Shown here in pieces: positions 1-8,021 of a stretch of 16,567 nucleotides of DNA. Position 1 is the stretch's first letter; the number at the start of each line of letters is the position of its first letter. The notes beneath the pieces are model-generated. The model searched no databases. It was not told the DNA's origin and was given only the letters and a program-made list of their open reading frames with translations. The translations under genes and the position numbers were made by a program. The stretch lies in assembly GCA_000004985.1 (NCBI GenBank), contig GG738974.1; one strand, written 5' to 3'. Source of the DNA: Naegleria gruberi (Eukaryota).

Positions 1-119
1 GCATGCATCATTTCCACTGCACAACATGCCAAACCAAAGGTTACTGGCCACATGGAACCAACACGTGCCCAAGCAAACAAATCATGAAGAGGTGCTTTGA
101 GAAATTCAACTGAAGACAT
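1..119 (-). CDS. NDUFS7: 5' end (first 39 codons) of the NADH:ubiquinone oxidoreductase 20-kDa Fe-S subunit (NuoB/PSST/NDUFS7 family); the gene continues past the window start
   Basis: Minus-strand translation from the ATG at 117-119 gives [40 protein letters not shown]. The block [23 protein letters not shown] is the hallmark N-terminal block of NuoB/NDUFS7. An in-frame TAA lies 10 codons upstream of the ATG. The ORF is missing from the track only because it runs off the window edge. Confidence 0.6.
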   Translation of the reverse strand, partial: MSSVEFLKAPLHDLFAWARVGSMWPVTFGLACCAVEMMH

Positions 120-184
120 TTTTTTAATGTGTAGGAAATGTAGGATTTATAATTGTGGTGATTGTAAAGATTTCCTCTCCATAT

Positions 185-345
185 TTGTGTCGATAGGGTT
201 AATGCTAAACCTCGAGTGAAAACTTGTGGACCACGCGAGCTTGGTCGAACCTTCAACGATCCTCGCGTGAATCATACTACCGTAATTGTACGTAATTATC
301 ATGAAAATTAAATCTACAACCCTAACTGCAATAGCTAATATCAAT
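185..345 (+). repeat. Copy 1 of a ~150-bp dispersed repeat with an internal hairpin (stem cacgcgag, 22-nt loop, ctcgcgtg) and a B-box-like GGTTCGACC on the complementary strand
   Basis: The core at 211-275 is about 90% identical to the reverse complement of 6738-6800. Similarity decays towards 185 and 345. Confidence 0.6.
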
Positions 346-524
346 TAAGGAGTGCTATTCAATGATGTTTTTTTATTTGTTGTACTTCTTGCTGTTGTAG
401 CATAGAGGTACAACGCTGGATATGGAGGTACATGACCAGTTTTCGATTCTTGGAGATCGAATTATCTTATTTTATTTTTGGCCATTCACCCGCTCATTTT
501 ATTTCGTCATTCCTGATGGTGGAT

Positions 525-553
525 TGACGCTTTTTTTGACGTCATCGCTGACG
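525..553. promoter_or_regulatory. Three TGACG motifs at exact 12-bp spacing (525, 537, 549); the middle one is part of the perfect palindrome TGACGTCA (537-544). This is a candidate bZIP (CRE/as-1-like) binding module
   Basis: Read directly from the sequence: TGACGcttttttTGACGtcatcgcTGACG. It lies about 410 bp upstream of the minus-strand NuoB-type gene start. Confidence 0.3.
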
Positions 554-589
554 ATTTTGCATAAAGTTACTCCAAAGTTAATTATCGAT

Positions 590-665
590 ATTCTGTTGTG
601 TTCTACTTGATGTTGTAATGTGTTGTTTATTTGTTGTTGTTTGTTTTGTGTTGTTTTGATGATGA
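590..665. repeat. GT-rich low-complexity tract, (TTG)n/(TGT)n-like
   Basis: tgttgtgttctacttgatgttgtaatgtgttgtttatttgttgttgtttgttttgtgttgttttgatgatg. Confidence 0.6.
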
Positions 666-745
666 AAATCAGTGAAGGAGGAGGTGACGTATTTCAGACT
701 TGTGAATTTTTTTGAAAATTTTAAAAAAAAAAATACAAATTTCAC

Positions 746-764
746 AAGCTTGACTATCAAGCTT
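746..764. other. Perfect 8-bp-arm hairpin AAGCTTGA-cta-TCAAGCTT, 18 bp downstream of the stop of the minus-strand gene at 782 and next to an 11-A run (722-732)
   Basis: Read directly from the sequence. The arms are exact reverse complements, and each contains a HindIII site. Confidence 0.5.
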
Positions 765-781
765 AACATCATGTCTGGAAA

Positions 782-1165
782 TTATTCTTTGATCAAACTA
801 TTGATTGCCTTCCGAACACTTTCTTTATCCCATCCCCTTGCTTCAAAGAACTTTCTACATACTGTTCTTTGATCAGTTGTGAGTTCTCCTATAGGTTTCT
901 TGAAGTGATGATGTGCTAACAATTCCAAGCACTGTTTTTGAGTCACATTACCAATAAGCATTTTGATAATGTCTGGAGGAATTGAATAAGTTATACCATT
1001 TACGGTAGTGTTGAATGCAAGCCCTGAAAATAGATGAGCAAACCTTTTTGTGAGGTCAGTTAATACCTTTTCACATTGGATAATGGCATTGATGAACTCT
1101 GGAAAAGCTTTGTCCTTATCTATCAAATCAAAGATGTAATCGACATGCTCTGGAACAATCACAAT
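782..1165 (-). CDS. C-terminal 127 codons of a large protein truncated by the assembly gap. Function unknown; a weak resemblance to the hAT-family C-terminal dimerisation region is noted
   Basis: ORF ...PEHVDYIFDLIDKDKAFPEFINAIIQCEKVLTDLTKRFAHLFSGLAFNTT...IPPDIIKMLIG...WDKESVRKAINSLIKE* with a TAA stop at 782-784. The reading frame is open all the way into the N run. Confidence 0.4.
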   Translation of the reverse strand: MVIVPEHVDYIFDLIDKDKAFPEFINAIIQCEKVLTDLTKRFAHLFSGLAFNTTVNGITYSIPPDIIKMLIGNVTQKQCLELLAHHHFKKPIGELTTDQRTVCRKFFEARGWDKESVRKAINSLIKE

Positions 1166-4100
1166 NNNNNNNNNNNNNNNNNNNNNNNNNNNNNNNNNNN
1201 NNNNNNNNNNNNNNNNNNNNNNNNNNNNNNNNNNNNNNNNNNNNNNNNNNNNNNNNNNNNNNNNNNNNNNNNNNNNNNNNNNNNNNNNNNNNNNNNNNNN
1301 NNNNNNNNNNNNNNNNNNNNNNNNNNNNNNNNNNNNNNNNNNNNNNNNNNNNNNNNNNNNNNNNNNNNNNNNNNNNNNNNNNNNNNNNNNNNNNNNNNNN
1401 NNNNNNNNNNNNNNNNNNNNNNNNNNNNNNNNNNNNNNNNNNNNNNNNNNNNNNNNNNNNNNNNNNNNNNNNNNNNNNNNNNNNNNNNNNNNNNNNNNNN
1501 NNNNNNNNNNNNNNNNNNNNNNNNNNNNNNNNNNNNNNNNNNNNNNNNNNNNNNNNNNNNNNNNNNNNNNNNNNNNNNNNNNNNNNNNNNNNNNNNNNNN
1601 NNNNNNNNNNNNNNNNNNNNNNNNNNNNNNNNNNNNNNNNNNNNNNNNNNNNNNNNNNNNNNNNNNNNNNNNNNNNNNNNNNNNNNNNNNNNNNNNNNNN
1701 NNNNNNNNNNNNNNNNNNNNNNNNNNNNNNNNNNNNNNNNNNNNNNNNNNNNNNNNNNNNNNNNNNNNNNNNNNNNNNNNNNNNNNNNNNNNNNNNNNNN
1801 NNNNNNNNNNNNNNNNNNNNNNNNNNNNNNNNNNNNNNNNNNNNNNNNNNNNNNNNNNNNNNNNNNNNNNNNNNNNNNNNNNNNNNNNNNNNNNNNNNNN
1901 NNNNNNNNNNNNNNNNNNNNNNNNNNNNNNNNNNNNNNNNNNNNNNNNNNNNNNNNNNNNNNNNNNNNNNNNNNNNNNNNNNNNNNNNNNNNNNNNNNNN
2001 NNNNNNNNNNNNNNNNNNNNNNNNNNNNNNNNNNNNNNNNNNNNNNNNNNNNNNNNNNNNNNNNNNNNNNNNNNNNNNNNNNNNNNNNNNNNNNNNNNNN
2101 NNNNNNNNNNNNNNNNNNNNNNNNNNNNNNNNNNNNNNNNNNNNNNNNNNNNNNNNNNNNNNNNNNNNNNNNNNNNNNNNNNNNNNNNNNNNNNNNNNNN
2201 NNNNNNNNNNNNNNNNNNNNNNNNNNNNNNNNNNNNNNNNNNNNNNNNNNNNNNNNNNNNNNNNNNNNNNNNNNNNNNNNNNNNNNNNNNNNNNNNNNNN
2301 NNNNNNNNNNNNNNNNNNNNNNNNNNNNNNNNNNNNNNNNNNNNNNNNNNNNNNNNNNNNNNNNNNNNNNNNNNNNNNNNNNNNNNNNNNNNNNNNNNNN
2401 NNNNNNNNNNNNNNNNNNNNNNNNNNNNNNNNNNNNNNNNNNNNNNNNNNNNNNNNNNNNNNNNNNNNNNNNNNNNNNNNNNNNNNNNNNNNNNNNNNNN
2501 NNNNNNNNNNNNNNNNNNNNNNNNNNNNNNNNNNNNNNNNNNNNNNNNNNNNNNNNNNNNNNNNNNNNNNNNNNNNNNNNNNNNNNNNNNNNNNNNNNNN
2601 NNNNNNNNNNNNNNNNNNNNNNNNNNNNNNNNNNNNNNNNNNNNNNNNNNNNNNNNNNNNNNNNNNNNNNNNNNNNNNNNNNNNNNNNNNNNNNNNNNNN
2701 NNNNNNNNNNNNNNNNNNNNNNNNNNNNNNNNNNNNNNNNNNNNNNNNNNNNNNNNNNNNNNNNNNNNNNNNNNNNNNNNNNNNNNNNNNNNNNNNNNNN
2801 NNNNNNNNNNNNNNNNNNNNNNNNNNNNNNNNNNNNNNNNNNNNNNNNNNNNNNNNNNNNNNNNNNNNNNNNNNNNNNNNNNNNNNNNNNNNNNNNNNNN
2901 NNNNNNNNNNNNNNNNNNNNNNNNNNNNNNNNNNNNNNNNNNNNNNNNNNNNNNNNNNNNNNNNNNNNNNNNNNNNNNNNNNNNNNNNNNNNNNNNNNNN
3001 NNNNNNNNNNNNNNNNNNNNNNNNNNNNNNNNNNNNNNNNNNNNNNNNNNNNNNNNNNNNNNNNNNNNNNNNNNNNNNNNNNNNNNNNNNNNNNNNNNNN
3101 NNNNNNNNNNNNNNNNNNNNNNNNNNNNNNNNNNNNNNNNNNNNNNNNNNNNNNNNNNNNNNNNNNNNNNNNNNNNNNNNNNNNNNNNNNNNNNNNNNNN
3201 NNNNNNNNNNNNNNNNNNNNNNNNNNNNNNNNNNNNNNNNNNNNNNNNNNNNNNNNNNNNNNNNNNNNNNNNNNNNNNNNNNNNNNNNNNNNNNNNNNNN
3301 NNNNNNNNNNNNNNNNNNNNNNNNNNNNNNNNNNNNNNNNNNNNNNNNNNNNNNNNNNNNNNNNNNNNNNNNNNNNNNNNNNNNNNNNNNNNNNNNNNNN
3401 NNNNNNNNNNNNNNNNNNNNNNNNNNNNNNNNNNNNNNNNNNNNNNNNNNNNNNNNNNNNNNNNNNNNNNNNNNNNNNNNNNNNNNNNNNNNNNNNNNNN
3501 NNNNNNNNNNNNNNNNNNNNNNNNNNNNNNNNNNNNNNNNNNNNNNNNNNNNNNNNNNNNNNNNNNNNNNNNNNNNNNNNNNNNNNNNNNNNNNNNNNNN
3601 NNNNNNNNNNNNNNNNNNNNNNNNNNNNNNNNNNNNNNNNNNNNNNNNNNNNNNNNNNNNNNNNNNNNNNNNNNNNNNNNNNNNNNNNNNNNNNNNNNNN
3701 NNNNNNNNNNNNNNNNNNNNNNNNNNNNNNNNNNNNNNNNNNNNNNNNNNNNNNNNNNNNNNNNNNNNNNNNNNNNNNNNNNNNNNNNNNNNNNNNNNNN
3801 NNNNNNNNNNNNNNNNNNNNNNNNNNNNNNNNNNNNNNNNNNNNNNNNNNNNNNNNNNNNNNNNNNNNNNNNNNNNNNNNNNNNNNNNNNNNNNNNNNNN
3901 NNNNNNNNNNNNNNNNNNNNNNNNNNNNNNNNNNNNNNNNNNNNNNNNNNNNNNNNNNNNNNNNNNNNNNNNNNNNNNNNNNNNNNNNNNNNNNNNNNNN
4001 NNNNNNNNNNNNNNNNNNNNNNNNNNNNNNNNNNNNNNNNNNNNNNNNNNNNNNNNNNNNNNNNNNNNNNNNNNNNNNNNNNNNNNNNNNNNNNNNNNNN

Positions 4101-5706
4101 NNNNNNNNNNNNNNNNNNNNNNNNNNNNNNNNNNNNNNNNNNNNNNNNNNNNNNNNNNNNNNNNNNNNNNNNNNNNNNNNNNNNNNNNNNNNNNNNNNNN
4201 NNNNNNNNNNNNNNNNNNNNNNNNNNNNNNNNNNNNNNNNNNNNNNNNNNNNNNNNNNNNNNNNNNNNNNNNNNNNNNNNNNNNNNNNNNNNNNNNNNNN
4301 NNNNNNNNNNNNNNNNNNNNNNNNNNNNNNNNNNNNNNNNNNNNNNNNNNNNNNNNNNNNNNNNNNNNNNNNNNNNNNNNNNNNNNNNNNNNNNNNNNNN
4401 NNNNNNNNNNNNNNNNNNNNNNNNNNNNNNNNNNNNNNNNNNNNNNNNNNNNNNNNNNNNNNNNNNNNNNNNNNNNNNNNNNNNNNNNNNNNNNNNNNNN
4501 NNNNNNNNNNNNNNNNNNNNNNNNNNNNNNNNNNNNNNNNNNNNNNNNNNNNNNNNNNNNNNNNNNNNNNNNNNNNNNNNNNNNNNNNNNNNNNNNNNNN
4601 NNNNNNNNNNNNNNNNNNNNNNNNNNNNNNNNNNNNNNNNNNNNNNNNNNNNNNNNNNNNNNNNNNNNNNNNNNNNNNNNNNNNNNNNNNNNNNNNNNNN
4701 NNNNNNNNNNNNNNNNNNNNNNNNNNNNNNNNNNNNNNNNNNNNNNNNNNNNNNNNNNNNNNNNNNNNNNNNNNNNNNNNNNNNNNNNNNNNNNNNNNNN
4801 NNNNNNNNNNNNNNNNNNNNNNNNNNNNNNNNNNNNNNNNNNNNNNNNNNNNNNNNNNNNNNNNNNNNNNNNNNNNNNNNNNNNNNNNNNNNNNNNNNNN
4901 NNNNNNNNNNNNNNNNNNNNNNNNNNNNNNNNNNNNNNNNNNNNNNNNNNNNNNNNNNNNNNNNNNNNNNNNNNNNNNNNNNNNNNNNNNNNNNNNNNNN
5001 NNNNNNNNNNNNNNNNNNNNNNNNNNNNNNNNNNNNNNNNNNNNNNNNNNNNNNNNNNNNNNNNNNNNNNNNNNNNNNNNNNNNNNNNNNNNNNNNNNNN
5101 NNNNNNNNNNNNNNNNNNNNNNNNNNNNNNNNNNNNNNNNNNNNNNNNNNNNNNNNNNNNNNNNNNNNNNNNNNNNNNNNNNNNNNNNNNNNNNNNNNNN
5201 NNNNNNNNNNNNNNNNNNNNNNNNNNNNNNNNNNNNNNNNNNNNNNNNNNNNNNNNNNNNNNNNNNNNNNNNNNNNNNNNNNNNNNNNNNNNNNNNNNNN
5301 NNNNNNNNNNNNNNNNNNNNNNNNNNNNNNNNNNNNNNNNNNNNNNNNNNNNNNNNNNNNNNNNNNNNNNNNNNNNNNNNNNNNNNNNNNNNNNNNNNNN
5401 NNNNNNNNNNNNNNNNNNNNNNNNNNNNNNNNNNNNNNNNNNNNNNNNNNNNNNNNNNNNNNNNNNNNNNNNNNNNNNNNNNNNNNNNNNNNNNNNNNNN
5501 NNNNNNNNNNNNNNNNNNNNNNNNNNNNNNNNNNNNNNNNNNNNNNNNNNNNNNNNNNNNNNNNNNNNNNNNNNNNNNNNNNNNNNNNNNNNNNNNNNNN
5601 NNNNNNNNNNNNNNNNNNNNNNNNNNNNNNNNNNNNNNNNNNNNNNNNNNNNNNNNNNNNNNNNNNNNNNNNNNNNNNNNNNNNNNNNNNNNNNNNNNNN
5701 NNNNNN
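1166..5706. other. Assembly gap (4541 N)
   Basis: N run in the sequence. Confidence 1.
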
Positions 5707-5719
5707 TCTGCACCCTTTT

Positions 5720-6517
5720 TCAACTTTCAGAGTTAATTTCTTGCAACTTTTCTATCTGCTCTTGAAGTAATTCCTTCACCTTCACAGGAACTGATTCAAG
5801 GTCATTTTTGCCAAATAGCTGTGTTTTAATGGTACGTACTGTTCTGTTAATAGCATCAATATTGCTAACTGCAATTCGCATATCAGGATCATTTGTTATT
5901 GACTTTCGTTTTCTAAATTTTCTTCCCGTGATACTAGGATCACTTTTTACTGCCTCAACCATTTTTTCCTTCATCTTCTTAGGTTGGGTACTTGTACGTA
6001 AATGACAATGTTCATGATCACCATTGAAACCAAAAATATAATTGGTAACTTTGTTGCCATCAACAACTTGTTCTTCTGACTTATAACAATATACCTTTGA
6101 GCTACAATCAATAATTTTAGACAACATATTATTACAAACATTGCAAACCCTATGCTTGTTTGTAAAGTGAGGAAATGATTTGGCAAATGGATCGTTTGTT
6201 TTTATGGTACTAAGGTTGGAGCTTACATTTTCAGAACAAACTTCACACTTTTTAAATCCTTGACAAGAACCCATACGATATTGATTGTATACAACACCAT
6301 TGATTGTTACTGAAAATGGTTTTAATTTTTGGAAACCATTAAAATGGGTTCCAAAATTCAAGTCTTCTCTTAAAGATGGGACCGTTCCTGATAGACAAGT
6401 TACATGATAAAACATCTTGTCCTCTGGCATTCTGTTAATAAACTTAATGTCTTCAACTGTTGTAACGTTGTCCTTATTTGCAAACAACCATTGCCCTGGG
6501 GAGAATCTTGGAGCCAT
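5720..6517 (-). CDS. Hypothetical 265-aa Cys/His-rich protein with a C2H2/BED-like zinc-finger motif (CEVCSENV...HFTNKH) and further CxxC and HxHCH clusters
   Basis: ATG-initiated ORF MAPRFSPGQW..., far longer than any antisense ORF over the same region. It shares the CxVCxENV motif with the neighbouring 6963-7730 gene. Confidence 0.5.
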   Translation of the reverse strand: MAPRFSPGQWLFANKDNVTTVEDIKFINRMPEDKMFYHVTCLSGTVPSLREDLNFGTHFNGFQKLKPFSVTINGVVYNQYRMGSCQGFKKCEVCSENVSSNLSTIKTNDPFAKSFPHFTNKHRVCNVCNNMLSKIIDCSSKVYCYKSEEQVVDGNKVTNYIFGFNGDHEHCHLRTSTQPKKMKEKMVEAVKSDPSITGRKFRKRKSITNDPDMRIAVSNIDAINRTVRTIKTQLFGKNDLESVPVKVKELLQEQIEKLQEINSES

Positions 6518-6700
6518 TTTTTTTGTGCAGAAATTGATAAAATAAGGCGGGAAAAAAATCTTTTGTAAACAATCAGTTTAAGGTTTGCAAAAAAAACTTA
6601 ACATTTAGACGGGGATCGAACTTGCTCCAATACCATGTGTTGCACAATGTCTGTCACCTGAACTACCAATGATTACACATTTAGGTGAATTTTTATTGCA

Positions 6701-6830
6701 TAGTTGGATGGTTGAAATTAAGATAATTAAGGTCAAAAGATTCGCGCGAGGATTGTTGTGAGTTCGATCAAGCTCGCGTGGTTCACAAGTTTTCACTCGA
6801 GGTTTGACAGCTACCCGTGTCGATATCCTC
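6701..6830 (-). repeat. Copy 2 of the ~150-bp dispersed repeat, inverted relative to copy 1
   Basis: The reverse complement of 6738-6800 aligns to 211-275 at about 90% identity. It has the same cacgcgag...ctcgcgtg hairpin and a B-box-like GAGTTCGATC. Confidence 0.6.
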
Positions 6831-6962
6831 GTACTTCCTAGGTGTCCTATTGCGATGATTCATTGGTTTTATTATACGATGTTATAATATTGAGATTGAT
6901 TTTGTAGAGAATGATTAGTTAGATTTAGAACAGAAAATGTTGTAAAGCATTAGTAGTTTAGT

Positions 6963-7730
6963 TTAATGATTGTTTGCAGGCCTGTATGCAATCTTTCCTC
7001 GCATTAGTGGACGTTTCTCCTCAACCAAATATTTGGAGAATGAAACACAATGACCTTGTTTTACATGATGTTCAAAATCATTGTCACTAATTACTTCATA
7101 AACATTTTCTTTACAAACAGCACAAAACGAAACTCCTTTCGAAACATGTCTAAAAGCAGTAGACTTCTTCAATGGACATTCATATTCCCAATCACAATTC
7201 TCAATAAATTGTCTGTCCTTATTCTTTCTAAATTTTGATCCTAAAGGTCCAGATTCTTCTTTAATTATTTTCGAAAGTGGTAATTCTTGTGGAAATTTGT
7301 TTTGTAAATGGATGACTCTCCTTCTCATGACATGCATCCAATTCTTGACATTTAAACTTGCCGAATAATTTGGAAAGTAATAAAGTACAAGTGGTTTCCA
7401 CAAAAGTGTCTGAGCAAGTGCAGTTTCGTTTTCTTTATACTGATCTTTGACCGATACAATCCTACTTTCAAGGTCAAGTTGCAACAATTCTTGTTTTCTC
7501 TTTGCAATGGCCTCCACTTTTTCAACAGTCAAATCAAAAATCATTTCCAATAAATATTCATCACTTCTCGCAAAAGAATTCAAATCTCCAATTGGTAAAT
7601 ATTGTGCAATTATTAAAATTAATTCCGTGCTGAGAGTTTCTTTAAAGATGTTGTGTTTTGTGGAGGGAAGAGAGGACAAGTCATCATCGGCTTCATTATT
7701 CGAAACTCGAGAGAAGATCTTTTTGAACAT
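6963..7730 (-). CDS. Hypothetical 255-aa protein with an F-box-like N-terminal segment (LSTELILIIAQYLPIGDLNSFARSDEYL) and a C-terminal C2H2/BED-like zinc finger (CAVCKENV x10 HHVKQGH)
   Basis: ATG-initiated ORF MFKKIFSRVS... It shares CxVCxENV and F.H....HxC spacing with the 5720-6517 protein. It is divergently oriented to the 8022 gene. Confidence 0.5.
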   Translation of the reverse strand: MFKKIFSRVSNNEADDDLSSLPSTKHNIFKETLSTELILIIAQYLPIGDLNSFARSDEYLLEMIFDLTVEKVEAIAKRKQELLQLDLESRIVSVKDQYKENETALAQTLLWKPLVLYYFPNYSASLNVKNWMHVMRRRVIHLQNKFPQELPLSKIIKEESGPLGSKFRKNKDRQFIENCDWEYECPLKKSTAFRHVSKGVSFCAVCKENVYEVISDNDFEHHVKQGHCVSFSKYLVEEKRPLMRGKIAYRPANNH

Positions 7731-7983
7731 TTTTTTAGTTGGAGATGTTTGTATGACTAGTGTTTGTCTTCAGCCATTTCATTGTTCACAACAAGTTCGC
7801 GAAAGAAAAAGGAAGAAGTTCATGAGCTCGATACAGTCTATGAAGGAAAGAATATAATTAAGGACAATGAAAGAGTTCATCACTACCTTGGTAAACATCT
7901 ATTGAAAAGACTCCTCTAAACTTACAGTTTGTTATCAGCACACAAGTATCATTCCCCTTGTTAGCTTATTTCAAATAATTAAA

Positions 7984-8021
7984 TTTTCAAAAAAATTAAG
8001 TCCACACCCAACATACTCAAA
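7984..8021 (+). promoter_or_regulatory. Conserved core promoter / 5' leader of paralog A (A-run followed by CCAACATACTCAAA and the ATG)
   Basis: About 80% identical to 15117-15153, which sits immediately upstream of the paralog B ATG. Conservation stops further upstream. Confidence 0.45.

Noticed and set aside
41-344. 71-aa and 65-aa minus-strand ORFs at the window start
   Set aside because: They are in a different frame from the strongly conserved NuoB-type reading frame and overlap the dispersed repeat; they are likely spurious.
782-5770. Very long ORFs (1643, 1564 and 1531 aa) in several frames spanning 782-5770
   Set aside because: They are almost entirely X residues, that is translation of the N run 1166-5706. 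Only the flanking real sequence (782-1165 minus strand; 5707+) is meaningful.
6601-6680. Possible tRNA gene on the minus strand (B-box AGTTCGATCCCC, D-loop-like TGGTAGTTCAGG)
   Set aside because: I could not form a 7-bp acceptor stem, a 5-bp T stem or an anticodon arm; it is kept only as a tRNA-like fragment or repeat.
7447-7857. 136-aa plus-strand ORF
   Set aside because: It is antisense to the longer ATG-initiated 6963-7730 gene and has no recognisable motifs.
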